Of a DNA stretch of 64,000 nucleotides, positions 1-20,179 are shown piece after piece. A program made the translations under genes and the position numbers. Numbering within the stretch: the stretch's first letter is position 1; every line of letters starts with the position of its first letter. The DNA is from Lama guanicoe (taxonomy: Eukaryota): positions 14,934,373 to 14,998,372 of the forward strand of contig MU053881.1 in the NCBI GenBank assembly GCA_013239625.1, given 5' to 3'. Under the pieces are notes generated by a model. It saw only the letters and a list, made by a program, of their open reading frames with translations, was not told where the DNA came from and searched no databases.

Positions 1-289
1 AGAGGTCCCTCCTCCTTGCCCCCCATTGCTGCCTGTGCACCCTCCATCACATCACCAGCCACCTTGGCATGTATTGAGTTTGTATGTGGTGGTTGTATGT
101 GGTTTTTGTATGAGGTTGAAATTCTTGGTTATAAATCCTGGGGCATTGCTGGGGGAGGTCACGGAAACTCAGGCGGGTAGATGTTACTCAAACCTCATCA
201 CTGAGGCTGGTATGTCGTTTTGTCCACAAGAAGACAGAACCCCACCTACTATGTAGATACTAACTGTACTAACTATACTTTACTCCCTG

Positions 290-980
290 CACACAGTGGT
301 ACATGCTGAGGGTAAAGCATGGTTTGGATTTGTATGAACATACACACAAAGAAGATAATTTCAGAGTGTGAGAGTGTTTGGAAGAAAATTGGGTGAAAGT
401 ATCTTTGCTCAGGATTGGAAGGCCTCCTAAGGTTGGTGATATTTAAGCTGAGACCTCAAAGATAGGAAAGTACTGTGTAAATATGGAGAATGAGAATTTC
501 AGACAGCAAGGATGGCTCGTGCAAAGGCCCTGGGGTGGGAAAGGGCGTGGCTGTTGGCAGAATAGTGAGGAGGCCAGTGTCACTGGAGCAGAGTGAAGAG
601 ATGGGCCAGAGGGATAGGCCAAAGTCAGATCATGTGGAGCATTGCAGACACAGAGAAGAGGTGGAATTTATTCTGAGAGTAATGGGGAGCCATGGAGGCT
701 GTGTGAGCCAGAGAGAAACATGATCTGATTTATGATTTTGAGACATCCTCTGTGGCTGCTGAGGGGAAGAGGAAGGGCAGTGTCCAGGCAGGAATCAGCA
801 GGGTGGAGACCACAGCAAGGCTGCAGGGAGGGGTAAAGTGTTTGGATTTGTATGTTTTGGAGGCTGAGGGGACAAGGGCTGCTGACAAACTGAACATGGT
901 GGGGGGTGGAGGGAGGAGCCTCAGACGCTGCCCAGGTCTCAGGCCCAGCACAGAGTGAATAGTGGGGCATTGCCTGAGAC
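290..980 (-). mobile_element. L2 LINE remnant
   Basis: gtgcaaaggccctgggg...ggaggccagtgtcactggagcagagtga...tttattctgag...ggagccatgg, a typical antisense L2 pattern. Confidence 0.7.
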
Positions 981-2079
981 AGGAAGCCTTAGAGAGATGA
1001 CATCAGGGGACCAACAGCCATGCCTTAGCTGTGTGGTCAAGGTGTCTGGTTGGAACCACACGTCTGGGCCAGGCCGGCCAGGCTCCAGATGAAACCGTGG
1101 ACCTTGTGGGCCAAGAGTGGCCTTTGACGTCCAGGCCTGGATGGGGTCCACTGGGGAGAGGCAAGCAGGGGTCTGGGCCAAGCCCTTAACCCCCAGCCTT
1201 TGTGCAAGTGGGCAGGGCCCCCATATTCCCCATCTGGATCTTTTTGTCCCAGCTGGAAATCAGGACCAAGTCAAGAAGTCCAGATGTGGAGTTGGCTGCA
1301 GCCCCATGACCGTGCGGTTTGGGGAGGTCCGGCATCCAGGCGTCCAGAGGGTCAGGCCTCCATGTGGCCTCACTGGCCACGGCACGGCCGGGTGTGGGGG
1401 ACAGGATGGTTTCAACTTTGAGTCTCAGGAGGCAACTGCAAAGGTTAGAAAAATAACCACCAGCACCGAGGCCTCACCCCTCCTGGTGTCAACCCTAGCG
1501 CCGGGTGGAAAAACAGGTCCTGGGACCCCGGCCAACCCACAGGCCTGAGACCCGCCCAGGGGCCTGTTTAGGAGCAGGGGCGTGGGTCAGGAGGGCAAGA
1601 AGCTGGGTCCCAACATTTCTCTGGTCTATGAAAGGTGACTCAGTTTCCCATTTGGAACAGGGGGCATCACTCTGGGATCGCATCCACATTCAAGGTCTCC
1701 CAAAGCACCAGCTGCGCACCCACCAGAGGGCCGTGCTCTAGTGACCAACTCCTCAGACAAGCCTCCCAGGCCGACAGGACAGGGTGCAGGATTCCCTGGA
1801 TGCTGTCACGTCCCTGGGCCTCAGTTTTCCATCTCTACAATGGGTAGAAAAACAGCCCCCACCTCAGGGAGTCTGCATTATCCCCATGACAACTTGTCTT
1901 TGTCGAACCATCCATGACCCAGCCTGGGGCACCATGGGCAAGACCCTGGTGGTCCCAAATCTTCCAGGCCAGGGGTGCAAGTCAGCTGCTTAAAATCAGG
2001 TGGAGGTAGGAACCGGGTTGAAGCACTTTCAGGTCTTCTGATCCCAGTCACTAGGAGGAAGTGGTTCCAGTGTGGCTTA

Positions 2080-2270
2080 AGAACCGGGAATGGGTGGCAG
2101 GGGCAGGGGTAGGGATGGGGATAGGGTTTCAGTTTTTCAAACTGGAAGTGTCCTGGAGATGGATGGTGGGACTGGCTGCACACCAAACTGTACACTGATG
2201 AAGTCGGTAAGTTGTATGTTATATGTTTTTACTACCATAAAACATACGTTTTAAAAAAGAAAAAAAAAAG
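2080..2270 (+). mobile_element. Old L1 3' end
   Basis: gggtttcagttttt...ctggagatggatggtgg...gttatatgtttttactacca plus poly(A). Confidence 0.7.
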
Positions 2271-3184
2271 GTGACGATTGAAATCAGATCTGCCTCTCAT
2301 TTGCTATGTGGCCTTGAGCAAATGTCTTGCCCTCTCTGGGCTTCTGTTTGTCCCCTGACTCCCTCCCTTTCAGTTTTGAGTCAGAGTCTCAGCCCTGATC
2401 TTGATGATTCCCTGTGATTCTACATTTCCCCAGTTTCAATCTTTGGGGACTTGATGTGGGGCTGGGGTCGAGGGAGACGAACATCAGCTGAGCAGTCTTG
2501 CAATGAGTGATGGGGTGAGGAACTAGTGAGTGTGGTCTCCTTGGCCACCAGCCAGCTATTTGGAGATAACAGGCTGGCGGTGGCAGCCGTTCTGGGTGAA
2601 GCCTGTTTCCTTGTGATGTTCAAGGTTGCCTGGTACCCAGGGGGAGGTCAAGAGGCCAGCAGAGTTAAGAAGGGCCTGGAGCTGCCCCCGGTGTCAGCTT
2701 TCCCTGGAAGTCTGGGCCAGAGCTGAGACAGCCACCCTTCCTGCAGGCAGAGGGGGGACAAGAGGGGCCCTGAACATAACATTTGGAGATAGAGGCAGAG
2801 AATGGAGACTTGGCACATGGCCAGGGTCACCCCCATTAAATCAGGTTGTGTCCAACAGCCTGTAATCCAGAAAATCCACTAAAACAGGAGGCAGTTTCCA
2901 TTGTTTGCATCTTGTGGCATCCAGGAGGGGCCAATCCCCTTCCCCACCTCAAGAGAATGACTTAAGCCCCTGGTCTGACCAATCAAAGCCCTCCATCTGC
3001 AGATCACAGTGGCTGGTTCAGGAAGGGCACGGAACCTGAGCTGGGCCAATGATCTTCAGCTCTGAGATTGCTGCTGAGCCTTGCAGGGGAAAAGTGTTCT
3101 GTTTCCTCTGGACCATGGGGCTGGAGAAATTTAAGCCTGGCCAGTCTTTGCCACTTCAAGGAGCAGGAAGAGAGCTGATCAGGG

Positions 3185-3918
3185 AGATGCAAAGCATAAC
3201 CACAAAGAGACATCCTCTGACACCCACTAGGATGGCTATAATCAAAAAAGATCGAAAAACCAAGTGTTGGCAAGGTTGTGGAGAAACTGAAACCCTTGTG
3301 CATTGCTGGTGGGAGTGTCAAATGTTGCAGCCGCTGTGGGAAACAGTGTGGTGGTTCCTCAGAAAGTGAAACGTAATTCATCATATGATCATATGATCCA
3401 GGGGTTTCATTTGCAGGTATATACCCAAGAGCATTGAAAACAGGTGTTCAAACTAAAACTTGTACACATGTGTTCATAGCATTTGTTATTCACAATAGCT
3501 AAAAGGTGGAAACAACCCAAATGTCCATCAGCTGGTGAACAGATAAACAAAATGTGGTCCATCTGTACAATGGAATGCTATTCAGACATCAAAAGAAAGG
3601 AAGCTCTGATACCCGCTAAAACGTGGATGAACCTTGAAGACATGCATAGTGAGAGAAGGCAGACACAAAAGGTCACATGCAAGATTCCATTTCTATGAAA
3701 TGTCTAGAACAGGAAAATCCATAGAGAAAGAAAGCAGATCAGTGGTTGCTGGGCAGAGGGGGATGGGAGTGACTGATACTGGGGACAGGGTTTCTTCTGG
3801 GTGATAAAAATGGAACTAGACAGAGGTGATGGTTGCATGACATCACAAATGTACCCCAAACTACTGAATTGTACACTTTAAAATTGTTGAAATGATCGAT
3901 TTTATGTTGTGTGTATTT
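3185..3918 (+). mobile_element. Old L1 (L1M-type) ORF2 C-terminus and 3'UTR
   Basis: Decayed ORF2 peptides (PTRMAIIKK..KCWQGCGE; LFTIAKRWKQPKCPS) and an L1M-type 3'UTR. Confidence 0.9.
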
Positions 3919-3934
3919 TATCCCAGTTTTTGTT

Positions 3935-4289
3935 AACTCTTATTTTTTATTGAAGTGTAGTTGATTTACATTAGTTTCATGTGTACAGCAAAGTGATTCA
4001 GTTATACATATACATACTTTTTTTCAGATTCTTTTCCACTGCAGCTCATTACAAGAAATTGAATATAATTGGCTGTACTACATAGTAGGTCCTTGTTGTT
4101 TACCTATTTTATATACGGTATATGTATCTATTAATCCCAAACTCCTAATCTAGTCCTCCTCCACCTTTCCGCCCCTGGTAACCACAGTTTGTTTTCTATG
4201 TCCATGAATCTATTTCTAGTTTGTAAATACAATTTGTATTTTTTTTAGATTCCACATATAAGCAACATCATACGATATTTATCTTTCTC
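3935..4289 (-). mobile_element. Younger L1 3' end, antisense, nested
   Basis: ttttattgaagtgtagttgatttaca...ttttagattccacatataag; degenerate TSD tatcccagttttt / tatcacagcttttt. Confidence 0.8.
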
Positions 4290-6249
4290 TATCACAGCTT
4301 TTTTTTTTTTTTAAGGAAGAAGACAGCTGACAGAGAGACAGATCCTGAAGGCCTCATTTGGGCTCTGGATCCAGCCATGCCTGAAGGCAACCCTGACGCT
4401 ATGGTAAGGCAGCGAGGAATGGGTTTTCTCTCCCTGTAACTTGGTGTTTCAGAAAATCAGCTGTGTTGTTTCATGCCCATGGCCCCATCATGATGAGAAA
4501 AATCTTCACTGAAGGTACCAGAGTCCTCAGGAGGGGTGGAACCCCCTGTCCTCTCTGGGTCTCTGCTTTCCCATCCATAAGATGGGAGGAGGGCAAAGTC
4601 TTTCCATGCCAACAATACCAGGTCCCAGTGTACACTCACTATGTTCATGTTTCATCCCCACGGCAGCCCTGTAAGCAAGATGTTTTGAGGTCAACAAGGG
4701 GAAGATGCTGACAAGGCCCATGCTCCTGCCTTCCATTCTGGGTCACATCTGGAAGCAAACAACTGGGGCCTCAGAGAGGAAGCCCGGCTGGGTGGTGACG
4801 AGCTCACACTTAGCATCCAGCAGGTCTGGGTTTGAGTCTCAGCTCTGGCCCTTTGTGACCCCTGGGCCTCAGTGTCCCCTCTCCAAAGCAGACTGGTTAT
4901 TCTGGGCCGGGTTTGCTGGATGAACAGTTGCTGTCCCGGAGAACTCATTACTACCTGGATGTCTGGTGGAATCTGAGCTGGGCTGTGACTTCCCGCGTGG
5001 GCAGAGGCCGGCGCTGGGGCTCGGGGGAGGGGGGGAGCTTCCCAGTTTACCGCCACCCGGAGGCAACACAGCCAGTGTACAGCCTCTCCCCCATGGCGTG
5101 TTGCTGTTGGCTTTTATGAAGTTATGGATGTAGAAGGACCTCGTTGATTCTTTTTCCACTTGCTGCTGAGCACTCGGCGTCCCGGCGCGCCTGGCCGGAG
5201 GCTGGCACTGCTTCCCGGCACCTGGACAGCCTGACTTGGCCCTGACAACAGGGACTCACTGAGTGTTTGGAGGCTGGTTGGCTCCAGGCGTTGGCGATGC
5301 GTGGTCTTTCTCTCCTGTGGCTGCCCCCCAGAGACCGGGGGAGAGCACTTCACAGCTCCTGTGGCCTCTGGGAGCCTCTTCCGACAGCCGACAGGTTGAG
5401 GCTGAGGCCAAGAGGGTGATTCTGATGGGGTCATCTCTGAGATTTCATCCTGTGGCATCTCATATGTGGGATTGCCCAGTGCCGGGTCTCAGGCCCCCTG
5501 GACTCCTGTGGTTTCCACTAACCCACGGTTCTGTGCTTCTGTTGACTGGTGGCCACATCACTCTGGGGCTGTGGCTTTTAGCACTCTGTGGCCCTGTGAT
5601 CCTAGGACCCCACAGGTCCATGGCTTTAGCATGCTATGGTCCCATGGCTCTATTAACAGATGATGTTATGACTCTCATTCCTTAATTCTTAGATGTTTTG
5701 GAACTTCCTGGCTCTAGAAAAGGGTAAATCATTCAACCCAGTGGGAAACAGAGTCAGGAAAACTCATGGGGTGGGTGTTCCTGTGAACTCCCCCCAGGAC
5801 CATGTGGGCAAACAACAACAGTGTTATCACCCCTTTTCCAGAGGGCTCCACGTGCCTGTCATTGTCCCATAGCTCTCTCGCAGACTGCCCCATTAGCTGC
5901 TGTGGTTTGGCCATACCTGGGAGCGTTTGATTAAACACCTCAGTCTCCCTCTGTGGGGTGGGAATAGGGACACATGGGCCAGCAAGCCTGGTTCAGCCCG
6001 AAGGAGGAACCTTTAAGTTAGGGTAAGTAGGGGTCAACCAGGTAAAGAGCAGGAAAAAGAGTGCTTCAGGTGGAAGGGCACAGCATGTGCAAAGGTCCTG
6101 AGAAGGGGAGAAGCCTGAGAGTAGGAGGCACAGAGAGAGGCAGCCAGTGTGGCTAGAGTGAGCCAGGCCAGTTCACCTTCTCTGTCTCATGTAGGGCAAA
6201 GGAGACAGAATGGACAAAATCACCTGCTATGTGCTTCACCTTTATTCTC

Positions 6250-6371
6250 TTTTCAAAATTTTTTGGGGTGATTAGGTTTATTTATTCAGTTTTAATGGAG
6301 GTACTGGGGATTGAACCCAGGACCTGTGCATGCTAAGCACGCCACTCTACCACTGAGCTATATCCTCCCCC
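6250..6371 (-). mobile_element. tRNA-Ala-derived SINE (camelid Vic-1-like)
   Basis: Reverse complement gives TATAGCTCAGTGGTAGAGTGGCGTGCTTAGCATGCAC-AGGTCCTGGGTTCAATCCCCAGTACCTCCA plus an A-rich tail. Confidence 0.85.
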
Positions 6372-6449
6372 TCAGACTCTTATTGACTCCTCATAGTGAC
6401 CAGTGACCTCTGAATGGGGTTGACACATAGCTAGAGACGCTCCTAGGGG

Positions 6450-6815
6450 GCATCCATCCATTCATCCACCCACCCACCCATCCATCCATCTGCCCACTCA
6501 TCTGCCTGTTTATCTGTTTACACACCCAGCCATCCCATCTATCCATCCATCCAGCATCTATCCATCTATCCACCCAGCTATCCACCTGCTTGTCCATCCA
6601 CCTGTTCACCCTTCCAACCATCCATCCACATCCTGATCCAACCAGCCAGCCGTCATCTATCCAACCACCCATCCATCTGCCTACCTATCTGTGTGTCCAT
6701 CCATCCCCCACCCATTCATCCATCCACCCACCCACCTGTCCACTCACTCATCTACCTGTCCATCTACCCACCCAATATCTATCCATCCACCATCCATCCA
6801 TCCATCATTCATTTA
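6450..6815. repeat. (CCAT)n degenerate microsatellite
   Basis: About 360 bp of catc/ccac/ctat tetramers. Confidence 0.92.
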
Positions 6816-9469
6816 TTTTAACATGTGCATGATGCTGGAGACATAGTGGGGCTCAATGTGATGGAAGATGCAGCCACATAGCCATGTAATCCATCTGTGC
6901 CCATGCAGTGTGGTCAGAGGTGTGGCTGAGGACACTCAGGGCACTTTGGAGGTCAGAGGAGGCTACTAACCCAGCTGGGATGAGGAGGAGTGAGCAATGT
7001 TAAAGGGGACGGTGCACCAGAGAGCAGTCACAGTCCAAGTAAAGACCCAGGGGGCAGAAAGAGATGGGGCTAGAGAGGCCCTTGGAGCCCAGACACGGCT
7101 CAGGGCTCTGACCCTGAGCAGGGCTTCCATTACCACATTACCTGTGCTCCAGCCCTCTCCCTCTCCATTGCCCCCCACCCCTCTGCTCCAGCCACATCTG
7201 CCTCCTCGCTGAACCTCCAAGGTATCAGGCACAACCCACCCTCAGGCCCTCAGCCTGGCTGTGACCTCTGCCTGGGACACCCCTCATCACCTGGAATGTG
7301 CTTGCCTGTTTGGGTCTGGATAACAACACACCCCAACAGAGTGGCCTCCTTGACACTTGGGCTCTGTTTCCTACAGCCCAGCCAGCCCCTAGCTCTATGC
7401 AGCAAGTGTTCCATGCAGTTTGTGTGCCCTTGGCCACCTTCAAGGCAGGGCTGAGAGGCCGAGACCACCTCTGACCCACTGGCTGTGCAGCAAGGGGTTA
7501 ATGTTTATGCAGCAGATGAAGTTATTTAATTTCATCCTATTGATTGTTAATCATTTATTTGGCACCTACTGTGTTCAGTCTTCCCACTTAGGGGTTGGGA
7601 CTCCTCCTTTCCTGGTAGCCTCCTTCCCAGACTGGCCCGTGCATGGCCTGGATCTCTGCTTGCCAGGCGGCCAGCAGGTAAACACGCCCCGCCCTCGGCC
7701 TCCCACCCGCCAGGACTTTCACTGGCCTGAACAAGGGCCTCCTGTTAATGAGCTGGAGTGGGGGTCAGAGTAGGGGAGGAGAAACTGGAGGCAGGTCTCT
7801 GGTTCCTGGGCTCTCTGCTTCCCACCCACCCACAGAAACCTGGGTGGGGGACCCTCTCCCTGCAGCAAGGCTGTGTGCTTTCCCTCACTCAGCATCCAGT
7901 GCCCAAATCAGGGAGACATGACGAGTCTGCCATGCTGAGCCTCCGTTTGCACATCTGTAGCATGGGGACGTTAACAACCACCGACGTGGGAAAGTGTTGA
8001 GAGCATTTTTCACAGACTAACTTATTCAGGTCTCGTGATGACTCTAAGAGGTTGGGGCTCCTTGCCCCCATTTCACCTTGGTTTCTCATGCTGCTATTAT
8101 GGTGCAAAAAAACTTGAGGCAGTTCCATTTTCACTTCATTAGACAGTGAGACAGACAGACTGAAAGAAAAGGAAACTTCTATAGCGAGCGCCACAGGCAG
8201 TCTCTCTCCCAGTAACACAGACACAGGTTTGTTCTGCTTTGTTACCTACAAAACTCTCACTTAATGTGAGAGAAAAGGGAATAAAACATCAGGGTGGTCA
8301 TTTGTCCTGCTATAGCTACTCCTGGAAAATTATGAAGATAACAGCTGTATAAATTCATTCCCAGAAATCAGTGCCCATCAAATGCCGCAACATTAAGTTC
8401 CAGTTGGTTCCTGGTGAAGTCCTTTCTCCCCTGAGGCAACTCTGCAGTCCATTCTATAAACTTGAGAAGCAAGTATCTACATTAAAATAAACTATTGAAG
8501 GTGTCTCAACCCCCACCAGAAAAAAAAAGAAGAAAGAAAGAATAAATGCTGAGGCACAGAGATGTTAAGCAACTTGTCTCATGTTGCACAGCAGAGCTGG
8601 GTTATGAAGCTCAGGGCCCTGGTGCCAGAGACCAAGACCTTCATGGCCGCATCTGCTGCCTCCCATGATGATGGGTTCCTGCCTTCTGAGACTGCAGGGA
8701 AAGGAGATAGAAAACCCACAAAAATGATGTGGCAAGGTGTCGAGCATTTGGAACTAACTCAAAAAAAATTGTAGCCATTATATTTATTGTTATTTTCTTC
8801 TTTCTTTATCATACCTTTCAGAGAGCCTGGGGCGGAATGTCCATAGGGTCTTGGGGGAGGGAAGGAGGGTGGGAGGGGCGGCAGAGCTTGATGAATTTCA
8901 CAGAGCAATTCTAAGTGGGTCTGCCGGACTCCAATGCCCAGATGACACCCTGTCTGTCCCCCTGCCCCTCAGCTCACCACTTGGTGCTTCTGGAGACGGG
9001 TCCAGAGGGGCCGTCCAAGGCAGGCTGGGTCAGGCTCCTCAGCTACAGAAGCAGCAGTGGCTAAGTGGCCTCCCTCGCTGCTCTAATGAATTCCCCAGAC
9101 CCTGGGCCTGTGGCCGGGCCCGCCCAAGGCAGGGCAGCTGCCTTCCCGACATACTTTCCTTCTGGATTCACAGGAGAGGCGGCTGGGCAAGCTAGGGGCG
9201 CCCACATGTCTCCTGGCCCAGCAGGAGTCTGCCAGGAGGCTCAGGGGCCCCATCACACAGGCATCAGCCCCTCTGCCCCGGGCTGGCCAGGCTCCCGGAA
9301 CTGCTGGGTCTAGCGTGGTGGGAAAGGGGGGCTGGCTGGGGTGCCGGCCAACAGCTCAGGCCAGGAGGTCCGAGGCAGCAGAGTCGTCACAGCTAATAAG
9401 GGGCCTAGCATTCCTCATCTGGAATCTGTGGCCAAGGGGAGAGACAGGGGTGGTGTGAAGGCCTTCGGG

Positions 9470-9790
9470 GTCCTGCCTTCCCAGTTCTAATTCCAACTGT
9501 GTGACCTCGGGCTGTCTCTTGCCCTCTCTGAGGAAAATGTGAATAAGAATGTTCTGAGGCATAATTGACACAGTGTTTAAGTCCCACACTGTATAACGAG
9601 GCTAACACTGGAGCCAGACACTGGGCATGGGTTAACTCATTCAATTCTCTCAGCAATGATCACCCCGACATTCCAGGTGAGGAAACAGGCACAGAGAGGT
9701 CAAGCAACTTGCCCTAGGTCACACAGCAATGCTATGCCCGACTGACATTTGAATGTAGGGCATGTGGCTCCTGAATCTGTGCTAAAGTAC
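9470..9790. mobile_element. Two MIR SINE fragments in opposite orientation
   Basis: ctgtgtgacctcggg... and gaggaaacaggcacagagaggtcaagcaacttgccctaggtcacacagc. Confidence 0.7.
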
Positions 9791-10867
9791 AGTGGTAGCA
9801 GGGGTTACTATTAACAGGAATTATGTTACATTAATTATAAGGAATAACAAAAATGTTATTCTATTTGAAGCAGGTGCTCTCTGTGGGCCTCAGGGGGTCC
9901 CCAGGCTGTGAGGAGCAGAACCAAACACAGACACTCCCTGTCCCCTGGGTGAGGCCATCCCAACCTTCTCTGCCAGAAATACTCTGTCAGGGATCCTAGG
10001 AGAATGTTACACAGGCACCAGCCCCTAAGCCCCGGCCAGGAAAACAAGGCGGGCTTCCTGAAGGAGAGGGGGCATCAGAGGGAGACCTTGGAGGATGGAG
10101 GAAGTTATTTGGGATGTTGGGAACAGACAGTACAAAGGCCAGAAAGACACCCAGAGTGAGTTACTGTGTAATGTGAGGCTGCTGAGGTGTGCATGGGAGG
10201 AGGGGGCTGCTGCCTGAAAGGGGGATTTCAGGGCCAATGGGATCCAGGAGGCAGGAGTTTGAAACAACACTGCTCATTGCCGGATCTCTGTTGTCTGATC
10301 AGAGACTGGGACATCCTCAGAGCCTCTGTCTTTGCCATTCCCTCTGCCTAGAATGTTCTTCCCCACATCTCCTCGTGGCCCAACCATGAACAAGGCCACG
10401 TGTGTCCAAGCCCCAGCCTGTGGCAGGGGCCTGGCTTCCATGTGCCCTTGTCCCAGTTGCGTGAGGTACACACAAGCACACAGGCCCCACTGGAGCCATG
10501 GTTTTCCCAAGAATGCCAGCACCAGCCAGGAGTGGCCCCCAGATGTGCCGGATGCCAAGGAAAACAGGAGGTGAGCTCATGGCCCCACCACAGGCATCAG
10601 GGCACAGGCTTCACTGGAAACGTCAGGCTGTGATTGGCTATTCTCACCCAGTCTCCCCCACAGACCCACCCCTCCTCACTCACCCTCTGTGGCTCCCCGT
10701 TGCCCTCAGAAGACAGCACAAGCCTCGCACCAATGGTGCTACTTCTCCTGAGCCCCAAGATCTCTCTACCCTGAGATCAGTCTGTCCAGCAGACCAAGTT
10801 CATTTTTGCCTCAGGATCTTTGTATACGCTGTTCCTCTACTTGGAATGCCTTTCTACCATTTCTCTC

Positions 10868-10950
10868 TTTTTTTTAATGGAGGTACTGCAGATTGAACCT
10901 AGGACCTCTTGCATGTTAGGCATGCACTCTACCACTGAACTACACCCCCC
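10868..10950 (-). mobile_element. tRNA-Ala-derived SINE (Vic-1-like), short tail
   Basis: Same tRNA-like body with poly(A), inserted within L2-like sequence. Confidence 0.85.
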
Positions 10951-10954
10951 ACCA

Positions 10955-11275
10955 TAGTCCCTTTATCTGGCCATGGCTTCCTCCACTTTCCTGGTCCTAG
11001 TTCGATGTTCCCTCCTCCTCTAAGAAGACTGCCTGGACTCCCCCTGCAACCCCAAGCTGAGTCAGGGACCTTCTTGGAGCTCCCACTACTGCCTGTGCAT
11101 CCCTCACCACAGTCCTGGCCCCTTGGGATGATTATGTAGATTCCTCCCCACCAACCTGGGCTCCCTTTGAAGGAGGGGCCCAGTCTGGCTTGATCACTCT
11201 GTTCCCAGTGTCCTGCACAGGACATGACACACAGTAGGTGCTCAATGCATGTTTGCAGAATAAATGAATGTGCCT
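10955..11275 (+). mobile_element. L2 3' end
   Basis: acacagtaggtgctcaatgcatgtttgcagaataaatgaatg. Confidence 0.75.
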
Positions 11276-12139
11276 GAAATTTCTCTACTTCCAAGCCCCA
11301 CATGCTTCCCTCTGCCAGAGCCATCCTCATCTTTTCTTCTTCTGCTGATCTGAGTTCTCCTTTCCTTTAAGCTTCCTTGCTATCTCCTCCAGGAAGCACT
11401 CAGTGACTTCTCTGCAGCCTCCCAGGAGAACAGATCTGGCAATGAGTCTACTTGGCTTCATCCCTGACCTTTGCAGTGGCCGTAGGCTAGTCACTTCCCC
11501 TCTCTGGGTCTCAGTTTCCCTGTCTTTAGAATAGAGGCTACAAACCCTACAGAGTAGGGGTGGAGAGGGTTAACTCCAGAAAACAGAGGTGTTTTGTAGC
11601 TTAAGAGCATGGCTGGGCTGGGAGGATTTTCCTGATTAGCAGTAATTTCTATTTTTATTACAGGCTGTTCCCACAGAAGCTGGAGTGGAGCTCGGAAGGT
11701 ATGGCAAAGTCTTGACAAACAGAAGCACTGGGCCCCTCTCAGACCTCCTCCAACTGGAGCTTTTTAATTTGCTCACCCTCCTGTTGGGGAGGGACACGTG
11801 CTGCCCAGTGCACAGATTGGGAGACTGGGTGGGCTCCTGGTGCCTGGGCGACCAGGCTGCCTCTGCCACCTACCCACCACCCAGAGAACCATAGAGAGAG
11901 AGGACTAGAAAGAGGTGTCGGGAGGAGATGAGTCCTAACCTTTAGCCACTCTTGACTCAGTTTCCCCAAGTATGAGCTGAGGGGATCGCTTCGTTCCCAG
12001 CTATGCCCCAGTCTTGGCATGCAACAGGCACTCAGATATAGGAATGAGAGGGCTAGAGGTTGGTCCCACCTGATTCTCCGCTCCATGGACCCCTGCACAG
12101 GCCACTTGTGACTCAGTTTCCCCCTCTTCTGAATTCAGC

Positions 12140-12314
12140 CTCGCTGGGCGGGGCCTTGAACCCGAAGGCCAGCGCCGGCTGTTTACCTTGCGGCTGGACG
12201 CTGGGCAGGGCCGCGGTGGGCCGTCCCCGGGGCCGGCCACGCCGCGGGGATAAATAGACCGAGCAGGCCTCGTGGGCGACAGAGTAAGCCGCCATCCAGC
12301 TCCCCGCTGCCGTC
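12140..12314 (+). promoter_or_regulatory. COMP: COMP proximal promoter / 5' CpG island
   Basis: CpG-dense; GC box GGGCGGGG 12146-12153, forkhead-type TGTTTAC 12180-12186, TATA-like GATAAATA 12249-12256 about 60 nt upstream of the ATG. Confidence 0.75.
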
Positions 12315-19680
<7,366 letters not shown>

Positions 19681-19765
19681 TGACAGCCACCCTCACAGCT
19701 GCCCTCACTGTGGCAGGCCATCAGCACCGGCCGGAGGTGGAGGGAGAGGAGCTCAGAGAGGACAA

Positions 19766-19771
19766 AATAAA
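19766..19771 (+). terminator. COMP: COMP polyadenylation signal
   Basis: AATAAA 111 nt after the stop, followed by GT-rich sequence (tgtgtgtgg, tgtggtct). Confidence 0.8.
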
Positions 19772-20179
19772 GCATGTGTGTGGCGGAGCGGCCAGCTGTG
19801 GTCTCTACTGCAGGGAGATAGTGGGGTCGAGCTCTGAGGGAAGGCTGGGCCAGGGACCCCAGACACAGGCCTTGGGAGACTGGGGGCCTGCCGCTGAATA
19901 CCCCCTGACTGGCTGGGGCCCTAGCAGCAATGACAAGGAAAGTCCAACCGTGACTGGGAAGCCGCAGGCCTGCTGCTGCATCCCACCCACTCCCCTGGAA
20001 CGTCTGCCCCAGGATCCTGGGGTGTGTGTGTGAGGGGCTCACATCTGCCTGTCCAAGTTCAAGTGTACCTATATGTGTGTGTATGTGGCCTCTGTGTGGT
20101 TCCTGCCTGGTGCACCTGCAACACCCACGGTTCATCCTTGAAGGGAGGGAAGAGGGCAGGAAAAAAGGGGAGGAGGCAG

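Larger units (their letters stand above)
2900..4455 (+). mobile_element. Old MLT1-type LTR split by the L1 insertions (pieces about 2900-3180 and 4313-4455)
   Basis: tggttcagga..ctgggccaat; tggatccagccatgcctgaag, an MLT1J/K/L-like signature. Confidence 0.55.

Noticed and set aside
6391..6832. Trp/Met/Gly-rich and His/Pro-rich ORFs
   Set aside because: Translation artefacts of the (CCAT)n microsatellite.
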